Of a stretch of 64,000 bases of DNA, positions 29,425 through 38,519 are shown one piece after another. A program made the translations under genes and the position numbers. The stretch is from Clostridia bacterium (lineage in GTDB: Bacteria; Bacillota; Clostridia; Christensenellales; UBA1242). The number at the start of each line of letters is the position of its first letter. Position 1 is the first letter of the stretch. Under the pieces are notes generated by a model. It saw nothing but the letters and a program-made list of their open reading frames with translations, was not told the DNA's origin and made no database searches. The stretch spans positions 131,690 through 195,689 of the forward strand of contig JAZSRL010000006.1 in the NCBI GenBank assembly GCA_045538455.1, written 5' to 3'.

Positions 29425-30528
29425 TTATTTCACAAATAATTTTTTAATCAATGGCAAACGATACAAAATCATACTTGTAAGCAATGACATAATCATGGCA
29501 TATAAAAAGAAAATAAATTCAACTACGATTGTTGGGAATATTATAATATCTATTTTTAGATTTAACAAAAGTTCAAGCCAAAAAGGATGAATAAGATAAA
29601 TACCTAAACTATATTTAGATATACAATTAATAATCTTATTATTCTTTATTTTTAATTTACCACTAGAAAACATTTTAAAAATCATCATTGATTCTAAAAT
29701 CATAAACATATCTAATTGATCTGAAACATTAAAACAGCAAGCAATTACAAAAAATATTACACCTATAATCCCGCATATATAAATATATTTATCCTTAATT
29801 AGATCAGTATAAGTTAAATAATAACCGACTAAATAAATGAAAACAAATTTATCTACATTGGCAAAGGTAAAAATATAAATATTAAAATAGTCATTAATCG
29901 TAGGTATAACACAAGTAGTTACAAATAATAACAATAACACAAATAAAGCAGTCTTTTTATCCGCGTGATTAACAAAAATTCGCAAAACAGGAGTTAAAAT
30001 ATATAATCCAATCAAAATGACTAAATACCACAAATGACTTCCATCATTTAAAATTAAATCCTTACAACTTTGAAAAATTACTTTTGGTAATTTCGTAACA
30101 AAATCAAAAAAGTTTTTAAAATTTAAAGAATAAAGATTACTTGATAAACAATAAATAAAACCAAATAAAGCACCCAAGCACATTATTCTAAAGATATAAG
30201 TTATAATCTTTTTAAGACTAACTTCTCGTTTTGGGTTTAGCAATAAGCATCCCGAAATCATAATAAAAACAGGAACAGCAAATAAGCAAAATGGATATAA
30301 AAAAACCTTATTTAATAAAGACCCTACTGAGTTAGGTGAAACAATACAACAACCAATGACATGATTCAACACAACCGCCATGCACGCTATTGCGCGTAAG
30401 ACGACAATCCACTCAATTCTCTGGTTCGCTAAACCCTTAAGCTCGGGAATAGGTTGTACAGAAATTGACGATGATTCCTCTACTCTGTCATCATTATTTT
30501 CAGTTTGGCCAATTTGGTCAACGCCCAT
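29425..30528 (-). CDS. Membrane acyltransferase, AT3 (OafA/OatA-like) family, paralogue 1
   Basis: AT3 N-terminal signature 'RIEWIVVLRAIACMAVVLNH' followed by about 10 TM segments; 367 aa. Confidence 0.75.
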   Translation of the reverse strand: MGVDQIGQTENNDDRVEESSSISVQPIPELKGLANQRIEWIVVLRAIACMAVVLNHVIGCCIVSPNSVGSLLNKVFLYPFCLFAVPVFIMISGCLLLNPKREVSLKKIITYIFRIMCLGALFGFIYCLSSNLYSLNFKNFFDFVTKLPKVIFQSCKDLILNDGSHLWYLVILIGLYILTPVLRIFVNHADKKTALFVLLLLFVTTCVIPTINDYFNIYIFTFANVDKFVFIYLVGYYLTYTDLIKDKYIYICGIIGVIFFVIACCFNVSDQLDMFMILESMMIFKMFSSGKLKIKNNKIINCISKYSLGIYLIHPFWLELLLNLKIDIIIFPTIVVEFIFFLYAMIMSLLTSMILYRLPLIKKLFVK

Positions 30529-30536
30529 ACAGGATT

Positions 30537-30565
30537 AACATACAAAAAAAGAAAAAAAATTGCAA
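30537..30565 (-). promoter_or_regulatory. Candidate promoter of acyltransferase 1 with a homopolymeric spacer
   Basis: Minus strand: TTGCAA (30565-30560), a 17-nt spacer T8-C-T7-G (30559-30543), TATGTT (30542-30537), 8 nt, ATG 30528. No SD. Confidence 0.45.
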
Positions 30566-30604
30566 GTACAAAAAAATGTTACAAAAATTAAGGATAGAAA
30601 TATT

Positions 30605-31773
30605 TTATTTTGTGAACAATTTTTTGATTAATGGTAACCGGTACAGAATCATACTTGTTAATAAAGACATTACTAATGTAAAAGCAAAAACCATAAACTC
30701 ACCAATAAATATTGGCAATAGTGTAAAGTGGATTTTAGCAACTTTTAAGACATGTAACCAAAATATATTTGTCGCGTAAATGCCAAGGCTATACTTAGCA
30801 ATACAATTAAAGAATGAATTATTTTTGATCTTGATTTTATGACTTAAAAACACCTTTAATATCATCATTGATTCAAGCACCATAAACACATCTAATGGAT
30901 GGGAAACTCCAAAATAACAACCAATCAAATAAAAAATTACTCCAACTACACCGCCGATATAAATTAACTTACTATTTATAAAATCAGTATTAGTAATATA
31001 ATAACCGACTAAATACATAAATACAACACTACTTAACTCGGTAACCGGAACAATTTCAAAATTAAAATAATTATTAATTGTAGGAATAATACAAGTTGTT
31101 ACAAACAAAATAATTAGAACACAACGAGCTGTTTTACGATCAGCAAATTCCGTAAACTTTCTTAATATTGGAGTTAAAATATATAAACTAATTAACATGG
31201 GTAAATACCAAAGCCAAGGCGCAAAAGTGTATAAATTTCCCTGCATTAAACCGTTAAAGAACTTTAAAAAACTTTGATATATCCATTTTTTCAAATTTTC
31301 AAAATTGCGCAAACTATTGAATGTTAAGTCATGCGCAAAACAATAGCCCAACCACAAAACAACAAATAAAATTATAATTTTAATTATATATTTAATGATT
31401 TTATTGATTGTTGTGTTCCTTTTGGGATCCAACAACAGCGTTCCAGAAATCATAATGAAACAAGGAACAGCGAAGCGGATTAAAGGCTGTAAAATTATTT
31501 CGTTAATAACTGAACGAACCACTCCATATTTATGGAAATCAATATATTGAATATATGCAACATAACAATCAATAATATGAATTACAATTATTGCCATACA
31601 TGCGAACGCACGGAGAATGACAATCCATTCAATCCGTTCGTTAGATGGTGTTCCTTTTAATTCAGGAATCGGTTTAATGGTATTGTGATTTGCATCAGAT
31701 GATTTTTCCTGCTTTGTATAGGGGGGGGGGTAAATTCATTCGCTGAATGATCTGTCGTTTCATCTGCTTTCAT
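30605..31773 (-). CDS. Membrane acyltransferase, AT3 family, paralogue 2; reading frame broken at a G10 tract (candidate phase-variable gene, OFF as written)
   Basis: The track ORF 30605..31597 starts mid-motif at '...CMAIIVIH'. The same frame upstream encodes 'IKPIPELKGTPSNERIEWIVILRAFAC', which matches paralogue 1 'VQPIPELKGLANQRIEWIVVLRAIAC'. ATG 31773 (MKADETTDHSANEF) runs into G10 (31721-31730) and is out of frame, hitting a stop at 31657-31659. G11 or G8 would give one ORF of ~389 aa. Confidence 0.7.
31721..31730 (-). repeat. Homopolymeric G10 (C10 on the coding strand) tract in the 5' coding region of acyltransferase 2
   Basis: Read directly as ...gtata GGGGGGGGGG taaatt... It is the longest G/C run I noticed in this AT-rich window. 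Confidence 0.95.
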
Positions 31774-31779
31774 GCTTTA

Positions 31780-31808
31780 TTTATATAATAATCAACACGA
31801 GAAAGCAA
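31780..31808 (-). promoter_or_regulatory. Candidate promoter of acyltransferase 2
   Basis: Minus strand: TTGCTT (31808-31803), N17, TATAAA (31785-31780), 6 nt, ATG 31773. No SD. Confidence 0.45.
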
Positions 31809-31825
31809 ATACAAATTTGCTAAAT

Positions 31826-32488
31826 TCAATCTTGTTTCGGAACAAATTTTTCGGTTACGAGGGTGCTAGCTTCATCTTTCCATTTTTGAATGGCGGCGTG
31901 GTTTCCCGAAAATAAAACTTCCGGAACTGAGACACCGTGCCATACGCGCGGGCGCGTATATTGTGGATATTCAAGTTTACCATCGGTGTAACTTTCGCTA
32001 ATTAGACTATCCTTATTAATCACTCCGTCAACATAACGCGACACAGAATCGACCAGAACCATTGCCGGAATTTCCCCACCGGTTAAAACGAACTTCCCAA
32101 TCGAAATAACTTCATCAAAGCACATATCAATTACGCGTTGGTCTACGCCTTCATAATGACCACACAATACAATAATATGTTCATATTGTGCTAACTCGAC
32201 AACACGGTCTTGATTAAGAATAGGCGCTGCCGGAGTCATAAAGACGCGATGCGCTTTGTGCTCTGGGTCAATGGCTTGCAAGCAATCATAAATTGGTTGA
32301 CATGACAAAACCAACCCTGCCCCTGGTGAGTATGAATGGTCATCGACTTTGCGATGTTTGTCCGTTGAATATTCACGAAAGTTAACGACTTCAATTTGCA
32401 GTTTCCCCGCCTTCGAAGCACGCCCTAGAATACTTGTTTGCAATGGAACAAACATTTCTGGAAACAAAGAAAGAATCGTCCAACGCAT
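31826..32488 (-). CDS. trmD: tRNA (guanine37-N1)-methyltransferase
   Basis: 'MRWTILSLFPEMF' N-terminus and 'DKHRKVDDHSYSPGAGLVL' (a divergent form of DDxPYGGGxGM). Sits in rimM-trmD synteny. Confidence 0.8.
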   Translation of the reverse strand: MRWTILSLFPEMFVPLQTSILGRASKAGKLQIEVVNFREYSTDKHRKVDDHSYSPGAGLVLSCQPIYDCLQAIDPEHKAHRVFMTPAAPILNQDRVVELAQYEHIIVLCGHYEGVDQRVIDMCFDEVISIGKFVLTGGEIPAMVLVDSVSRYVDGVINKDSLISESYTDGKLEYPQYTRPRVWHGVSVPEVLFSGNHAAIQKWKDEASTLVTEKFVPKQD

Positions 32489-32979
32489 TAGACCAACTCC
32501 GATTCAAGCGCATTCGGGGTTAAAACTAAAGTACGCGTTGTAACATTTGTTTCCAAGATAAAATCGTCTTCATTTGGAATTAAGACAAATTCTTTTCCCG
32601 TAATTGCAATTTCGAAAAAATCACCGGCTCCATAATTTTCAACAGACACCACGGTACCGACTTTCTTGCCTAAATGTACAACATCAAAGCCGATTAATTC
32701 GCTGGATAAAATTTCGTTATCTTGTAAACACAAATCAGACTCTTCGACCATCACTGTTTGATTGCGAAGCTTGTCTGCTTTTTCAAAACTATCAATACCA
32801 ACTAAGCGCAAATATGCAAACCCGTTTTGCACACTACCACGCTCAACTTTGTATGTCTGATTATTCAAGGATACTGTTGTTAAGTTATTAAAAATTTCGG
32901 TATGATTATATGTCATACCCACCTTAATTTCGCCTTGTAAACCACGCGGCTTTAATACAGTACCAATAGCAACTAACAT
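32488..32979 (-). CDS. rimM: 16S rRNA processing protein RimM
   Basis: 'LVAIGTVLKPRGLQGEIKV' N-terminal signature, followed by a PRC-barrel-like C-terminus. Confidence 0.8.
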   Translation of the reverse strand: MLVAIGTVLKPRGLQGEIKVGMTYNHTEIFNNLTTVSLNNQTYKVERGSVQNGFAYLRLVGIDSFEKADKLRNQTVMVEESDLCLQDNEILSSELIGFDVVHLGKKVGTVVSVENYGAGDFFEIAITGKEFVLIPNEDDFILETNVTTRTLVLTPNALESELV

Positions 32980-34715
32980 TACTTAAATTCCTTAATTTGT
33001 TTGGTAATCATTGCTATAAAGGCATCTAATGGCATTTGGCCCAAATCTTGGCCTTCACGAGTACGAACTGCAACCGTGTTCGTTTCTTGTTCTTTGGCAC
33101 CGATAATGAGGCTATATGGAATCTTTTTCAATGTTGCTTCACGAATCTTTAAGCCAATTTTTTCGTTACGCAAGTCTGTTACCGAACGAATATTTGCAGC
33201 CAATAAAGCTTGATTTATTTGGTCACAATATTCATCTTGGGCATTTGTAATGTTCATGATACGAACTTGGGTTGGAGACAACCATACAGGTAAGGCACCC
33301 ATCGTTTTTTCGATCAACATTGCTAATGTACGCTCATAGCAACCAATCGAAGAACGATGAATTAAATATGGTTTTGCTTTTTTACCGTTTTCATCAATAT
33401 AAGTCAATCCGAAGCGTTCTGCCAAAGCAAAGTCTAATTGAATCGTAAACAAAGTATCTTCTTTACCATAAGTATTCTTTGCTTGGATATCAATCTTAGG
33501 ACCATAGAAAGCTGCTTCACCATCTGCTTCAATAAATTTCAAATTGTTGCGCGTTAAAGCATTACGGATTTCATTTTGACTCCATTCCCATGCTTCCGGT
33601 AAATCAATGTATTTTTCTTTGTTGGCTGGATCCCATTTTGAAAGACGAATACTTACATCATCTTTCATATTAAGAACGCCTAAGAAATAACTAGTTAATT
33701 CCATACATTCATCTACAACTTGTTGAATCTGGTCTGGACGAACAATAATATGTCCGTCACTCAATGTGTACTCACGCAAACGAATTAAGCCGTGCATTTC
33801 ACCACTGTTTTCATTACGGAATTGTTTTGCTGTTTCTGCATATCGAATTGGCAAATCTTTATAAGAGCGCAATTCGCTGCGATACAATAAAATATGCATT
33901 GGGCAAGTCATAGGACGCAATGCCATTAAACTTTCATCCAAGACCTCATCACCAATTAAGAACATTGAATCTTTATAGTGTTGCCAGTGACCACTAACTT
34001 TGTACATATCACTCTTTGCAAACGAAGGTGTTTTAACATGTAAGTATCCACGACGAATTTCTTCATCTTCGACAAAGCGTTGCATAGTACGCAAAATTGT
34101 TGCTCCGGCAGGCGTAAACAATGGTAAACCTTGACCAACTAATTCGGAAGAAACATAGTAACCTAATTCACGACAAATTTTATTGTGGTCGCGTTTTTTA
34201 ACTTCTTCCTGCCATAAGTTATATGCTTCCAATTCACTCTTGCTTGCAAATGCGACACCATAAATACGGGTCAACATTTTATTCTTTTCATCTCCACGCC
34301 AATAAGCACCAGTAATTTGTGTTAATTTAAAGGCTTTAATTTTCTTAACATACTCTACATGTGGCCCAGCACATAAATCGGTAAAGTTACCAATGGTGTA
34401 CATCGTAATTGTTTGCCCTCTTGGAATTTCTTGTAACAATTCGGCTTTATAAATTTCTTTGTTTTTATTTATTAGGCGAGAAGCTTCGGTACGCGTTACT
34501 TCTTTTCGTTCTACTTTAAAATTTTCTTTAATAATACGCGACATTTCAGCTTCAATTTTCACCAAATCTTCATCTTTGATTGGCGTTGCAAAATCAAAAT
34601 CATAATAGAAGCCCGAATCTGTTGCTGGACCAATTGCCAATTTCGTATTCGGGTAAATGTTTTTTACTGCATACGCTAAAATGTGTGCTGCCGTATGATT
34701 TAATATTTTATCCAT
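32979..34715 (-). CDS. thrS: Threonyl-tRNA synthetase lacking the N-terminal TGS domain
   Basis: The editing domain starts at once ('NHTAAHILAYAVKNIYPNTKLAIGPATDSGFYYDFD'). Class II core motifs follow ('RDHNKICRELG', 'MTCPMH', 'FRNENSGEMHGLIRLREYT'). The start is set at ATG 34715, 7 nt after TGcTATAAT. Confidence 0.9.
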   Translation of the reverse strand: MDKILNHTAAHILAYAVKNIYPNTKLAIGPATDSGFYYDFDFATPIKDEDLVKIEAEMSRIIKENFKVERKEVTRTEASRLINKNKEIYKAELLQEIPRGQTITMYTIGNFTDLCAGPHVEYVKKIKAFKLTQITGAYWRGDEKNKMLTRIYGVAFASKSELEAYNLWQEEVKKRDHNKICRELGYYVSSELVGQGLPLFTPAGATILRTMQRFVEDEEIRRGYLHVKTPSFAKSDMYKVSGHWQHYKDSMFLIGDEVLDESLMALRPMTCPMHILLYRSELRSYKDLPIRYAETAKQFRNENSGEMHGLIRLREYTLSDGHIIVRPDQIQQVVDECMELTSYFLGVLNMKDDVSIRLSKWDPANKEKYIDLPEAWEWSQNEIRNALTRNNLKFIEADGEAAFYGPKIDIQAKNTYGKEDTLFTIQLDFALAERFGLTYIDENGKKAKPYLIHRSSIGCYERTLAMLIEKTMGALPVWLSPTQVRIMNITNAQDEYCDQINQALLAANIRSVTDLRNEKIGLKIREATLKKIPYSLIIGAKEQETNTVAVRTREGQDLGQMPLDAFIAMITKQIKEFK

Positions 34716-34722
34716 AATGGTC

Positions 34723-34751
34723 ATTATAGCACGAATAATAAATAAATCAAA
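34723..34751 (-). promoter_or_regulatory. Candidate thrS promoter (leaderless layout)
   Basis: Minus strand: TTTGAT (34751-34746), N17, TGcTATAAT (-10 at 34728-34723), GACCATT (7 nt), ATG 34715. Confidence 0.5.
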
Positions 34752-34812
34752 TAGCAAAAAATTTGGCAAGTAATTTAGGATAAATAATCTTGATTATTAA
34801 TAAACTAAGATT

Positions 34813-35484
34813 ATGAAGATTTCTACCGATGAACGATTTCGAAATTGTTTAGAACATTTGGCACAAAAATTTAATTGCAAAATAAAAATATGCGATAAGC
34901 GTTATGTTTTGAATTTAAAACCCTGTATTGACCACTATCAAGTTTTCGATTGTATTGTTGAACAAATAGTTACCGCTATGAAAGCCTTTTATTTAGAAAG
35001 CAAATTAAAAATCAAAAACAAGACTTTAAATAAAGTACTGGTGAATTATGACAAGAAATCTGACATTATTATTGCTGCCTCTTTATTTAATTTAACACCG
35101 GAAACTTTATTGGATTCAATTTATGACTTTCGGTTAAGTCGACTAAAATTCCGCTGGAATGAAGTGATACAACTTGTAAACGAAAATTATCCACAATTAA
35201 CACAAAAAGTTGTTTTTAATGAATTGCTTCGCTTTTTAATTATTAATATGGATTATCGAATGTCCGAAGCGCACATCATAACTGTCAATAAACATCCCCA
35301 AATTTGTGATAAAAAATTAAATCCGCTGCCCCACACTGACGAAGATATTATTAATTCATTAATCGACATTGCTCCACGCCAAATTGTAATTCATACTGAC
35401 AATTATCTCAACAAAGAGGTAATCGATCGTATCGAAAATTTCTTTCCAAACTGCATTTGCATTGAATACAACGCAGTGCTATAA
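34813..35484 (+). CDS. Hypothetical protein (223 aa)
   Basis: A long ORF divergent from thrS. I recognise no motif. Its position next to thrS recalls B. subtilis ytxC, but I cannot support homology. Confidence 0.5.
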   Translation: MKISTDERFRNCLEHLAQKFNCKIKICDKRYVLNLKPCIDHYQVFDCIVEQIVTAMKAFYLESKLKIKNKTLNKVLVNYDKKSDIIIAASLFNLTPETLLDSIYDFRLSRLKFRWNEVIQLVNENYPQLTQKVVFNELLRFLIINMDYRMSEAHIITVNKHPQICDKKLNPLPHTDEDIINSLIDIAPRQIVIHTDNYLNKEVIDRIENFFPNCICIEYNAVL

Positions 35485-35485
35485 T
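35457..35485 (+). promoter_or_regulatory. Candidate internal promoter for ricT (leaderless layout)
   Basis: TTGCAT (35457-35462), N17, TGcTATAAT (-10 at 35480-35485), 5 nt, ATG 35491. It lies in the 3' end of the upstream ORF. Confidence 0.5.
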
Positions 35486-35490
35486 AAGCC

Positions 35491-36120
35491 ATGAAAACTT
35501 ATCATGTAAGAGTCTTTGACCAAACACAAACAACTAAGTTTGATAGCGAAATTGAGGATTTAAAACCCAATGATTATGTAATTGTTGAGACGCCTACAGG
35601 CGCAGAATGGGGTGTGGTTGCAAACGAAGGAACATTAAAGAAAAGCCACGAATCCAACCATGCGCAAATTTTCCGCCGCGCAACAGCAAAAGACCAAAGC
35701 CAAATTAACCTGCTTTTGAAGTCGGCTCAGTTTGCAAAAGAAAAAGCCATCGATATGGCCGCGCAATTAAAATTAGATATGAAAATTATGTCCGCACACT
35801 ATACTCTCGATGCCAGCAAAGTTTTAATTAACTTTTCGGCAGAACAAAGAGTTGACTTCCGTGAACTGGTACGCAATTTAGCTGGTGCCCTGCGCACACG
35901 CATTGAACTTCACCAAGTTGGTGCACGCGACGAAGTAAAAGCGACCGGCGCTTTGGGCGTTTGCGGACAAGAATGTTGCTGCAAAAGATTCTGTCATAGC
36001 TACCCTGATGTTTCTATTAAAATGGCGAAACAACAAAATTTATCTTTAACACCAGAAAAAATTAATGGCATCTGTGGACGCTTAAAATGTTGCTTGTCAT
36101 ATGAAAGTGATAAATGTTAA
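35491..36120 (+). CDS. ricT: PSP1-domain protein RicT/YaaT
   Basis: 'YVIVETPTGAEWGVV', 'RVDFRELVRNLAGALRTRIELHQVGARDE' and the Cys cluster 'CGQECCCKRF...CGRLKCCLSYE'. Confidence 0.75.
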   Translation: MKTYHVRVFDQTQTTKFDSEIEDLKPNDYVIVETPTGAEWGVVANEGTLKKSHESNHAQIFRRATAKDQSQINLLLKSAQFAKEKAIDMAAQLKLDMKIMSAHYTLDASKVLINFSAEQRVDFRELVRNLAGALRTRIELHQVGARDEVKATGALGVCGQECCCKRFCHSYPDVSIKMAKQQNLSLTPEKINGICGRLKCCLSYESDKC

Positions 36121-36154
36121 AATAAACTAGAAGAAGCAAAAGGAGTAAACTAAC

Positions 36155-36631
36155 ATGAGATGTCCAAATTGTGGTTCACGCGATAATAAAGTTGTCGACA
36201 GTCGTACTAATGATAATTCAAATTCAATTCGCCGTCGTCGCGAATGTTTAAAATGCAGTAAGCGCTTTACTAGTTATGAAACAATTGAGCGCGTATCTTT
36301 ATTAGTAATTAAAAATGACGGTAGTCGTCAATCTTTTGATTCACAAAAAATTAAAAATAGCATTATGGCAGCCACTGGTAAGCGCCCCGTATCAATGAAA
36401 CAAATTGATAACATCGTAGAAAGTATTGAAATGCAAATTGCAAATACCGCTATGGGCGACCAACAAGAAATTGCCAGCAGCATTATCGGCGACATGGTTA
36501 TGGAAGAATTGAAAAAAATTGATGAAGTTGCTTACATTCGTTTTGCAGCAGTATATCGTCAATTTAAAGATGTTTCAACATTTGTTAATTTCGTAAAAGA
36601 ATTTGAAAAAGAAATCGCAAAGAAAATTTAA
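36155..36631 (+). CDS. nrdR: Transcriptional repressor NrdR
   Basis: Zn ribbon 'MRCPNCGSRDNKVVDSR...RRRRECLKCSKRFTSYE' plus an ATP-cone. SD AAAGGAG upstream. Confidence 0.9.
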   Translation: MRCPNCGSRDNKVVDSRTNDNSNSIRRRRECLKCSKRFTSYETIERVSLLVIKNDGSRQSFDSQKIKNSIMAATGKRPVSMKQIDNIVESIEMQIANTAMGDQQEIASSIIGDMVMEELKKIDEVAYIRFAAVYRQFKDVSTFVNFVKEFEKEIAKKI

Positions 36632-37677
36632 CTTTGCGATTTTTCTTTTAGTTCTGCCAAGCGGAGTGCTTCCACCATTTCCGTTATTTCTCCGTCCACA
36701 AATTTAGTAAGGTTGTATTCGGTGCGATTTATGCGATGGTCAGTTACTCTGCCTTGTGGATAATTATATGTGCGAATCCGTTCACTACGGTCACCCGTAC
36801 CCACTTGTTCATGTCGTGCAGAAGCGTATTTTGCATCTTCTAAACTTTGGTAATAATGTGCCAATTTAGATACAAGTACAGTCATCGCTTTTTCACGGTT
36901 AGCTAATTGGCTACGCCCATCTTGACAGGTAACAACCATATTAGTTGGTAAATGTGTTATACGAATAGCACTTTCGGTCTTGTTAATATGTTGACCGCCC
37001 GCACCAGATGCACGGTAGACATCAATGCGCAAATCTTTTTCATCAATTTGAAAGTCAACAGTTGTTGCTTCGGGTAAAACAGCCACTGTCGCGGTTGAAG
37101 TATGGATGCGACCTTGTGATTCTGTTTCTGGAACGCGTTGTACGCGATGAACACCGCTTTCAAATTTAAACTTTGAGAAAGCACCTTCCCCCTTTACCAT
37201 AAATGTAACATTCTTCACCCCGCCAATACCATTCTCTTCAATATCGGTAATTTCAATTTGAAAACCAAGGCTTGTGGCATACAACGAATACATACGCAGT
37301 AACACGGCTGCAAACAAACACGCTTCGTCACCACCAGCCGCAGGACGAATTTCAATAATAACATTTGCATCATCGCGTTCGTCTTTTGGGGTCAAAAGTA
37401 ATTGTAATTCTTGTTGGGTTTGTTCCAATAGTTTCTGGTTTTCTGCAATTTCTTCTTTGGCTAATTCAGCTAATTCTGGATCCGTTATTGCCTGTGCAGT
37501 TGCAATATCATTCACAAGTTTTTGATACTTGCGATATGTATCAATCGTTGGCGCCAATTTTGACGCTTCTTTGGAAATTTGTGAATAACGCGTAAAATCA
37601 TTAAAAACTTCTGGTAAAGTTAATTGCTCTAACAGTTGCATATATTTTGCTTCTAAAACACTTACTTCTTCAAACAT
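36628..37677 (-). CDS. prfA: Peptide chain release factor 1
   Basis: 'GGQHINKTESAIRITHLPT' (GGQ) and 'RVPETESQGRIHTSTATVAVLPE' (an RF1-type PxT region). prmC lies immediately upstream. Confidence 0.9.
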   Translation of the reverse strand: MFEEVSVLEAKYMQLLEQLTLPEVFNDFTRYSQISKEASKLAPTIDTYRKYQKLVNDIATAQAITDPELAELAKEEIAENQKLLEQTQQELQLLLTPKDERDDANVIIEIRPAAGGDEACLFAAVLLRMYSLYATSLGFQIEITDIEENGIGGVKNVTFMVKGEGAFSKFKFESGVHRVQRVPETESQGRIHTSTATVAVLPEATTVDFQIDEKDLRIDVYRASGAGGQHINKTESAIRITHLPTNMVVTCQDGRSQLANREKAMTVLVSKLAHYYQSLEDAKYASARHEQVGTGDRSERIRTYNYPQGRVTDHRINRTEYNLTKFVDGEITEMVEALRLAELKEKSQS

Positions 37678-38519
37678 TATACTCTTATTGTAACCACTCT
37701 ATCGTGATTTGCCAAATCTTTATATATACTTACACTGTGATATCCCATTTGCAATGCAATTTTTTCCACATCTTTTGCCTGGTCAAAACCAATTTCAAAT
37801 AATATCATTCCGTTTGTGTGTAAATTTTTGCGAGCGGTAGCCAAAATACGACGGTAAAAATATAGTCCATCAATGCCACCGTCAAGAGCCATACGCGGCT
37901 CCTGCAGAGTAAGTGGATCTTCAACTCCAATATCCATTGTGCGCACATAAGGTGGATTACAAACAATAATATCAAATCTTCCATTGACAGCTTCCAGCAA
38001 ATTACTATGAACAAAATTAATATCTGAATTATGTAATGCCGCATTTTTGGCAGCTACATCTAAAGCTGCTTCACTATAATCCACAGAAGTAATTTCATAT
38101 CGCAAACTTTTTTCGCGTTGCGAAAGCCAATCACATAAATAAGATAAAGAGATACCAATAATACCTGACCCACAACATAAATCCAAAATTCGATACGGTG
38201 TGTGCTCATGTCCAAGTACAGAGTCTGCAATAATTTTCTTCTCTGTTAATTCAACCAAAACTTCTGTATCGTGCCGTGGTACTAATACATCCTTCGTCAC
38301 CAAAAACTTGCGATTATAAAAATATGTACTCCCAAGCAAATATGCCAAAGGAGTACCACTTTTGTATTGATTAATTATTTTAATAGTTTGTTCAGCAATT
38401 GTATCGCTTATATCTTTAACTAAAAAAACATTAGTGCGTTCTGCTTCTAACAAATGACACAAGACTTGGATAGTGGCTTCTTGCTCACCAGTTTGCGCAA
38501 TTAACTGTGCTAATTTCAT
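37677..38519 (-). CDS. prmC: Release-factor glutamine N5-methyltransferase
   Basis: '[11 protein letters not shown]' SAM motif and 'IVCNPPYV'; adjacent to prfA. Confidence 0.8.
   Translation of the reverse strand: MKLAQLIAQTGEQEATIQVLCHLLEAERTNVFLVKDISDTIAEQTIKIINQYKSGTPLAYLLGSTYFYNRKFLVTKDVLVPRHDTEVLVELTEKKIIADSVLGHEHTPYRILDLCCGSGIIGISLSYLCDWLSQREKSLRYEITSVDYSEAALDVAAKNAALHNSDINFVHSNLLEAVNGRFDIIVCNPPYVRTMDIGVEDPLTLQEPRMALDGGIDGLYFYRRILATARKNLHTNGMILFEIGFDQAKDVEKIALQMGYHSVSIYKDLANHDRVVTIRV

Noticed and set aside
31657-31773. A 38-codon ORF (MKADETTDHSANEFTPPPIQSRKNHLMQITIPLNRFLN) as an independent small gene
   Set aside because: It is the out-of-frame N-terminus of acyltransferase 2, created by the G10 tract length. 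It is not a separate gene.
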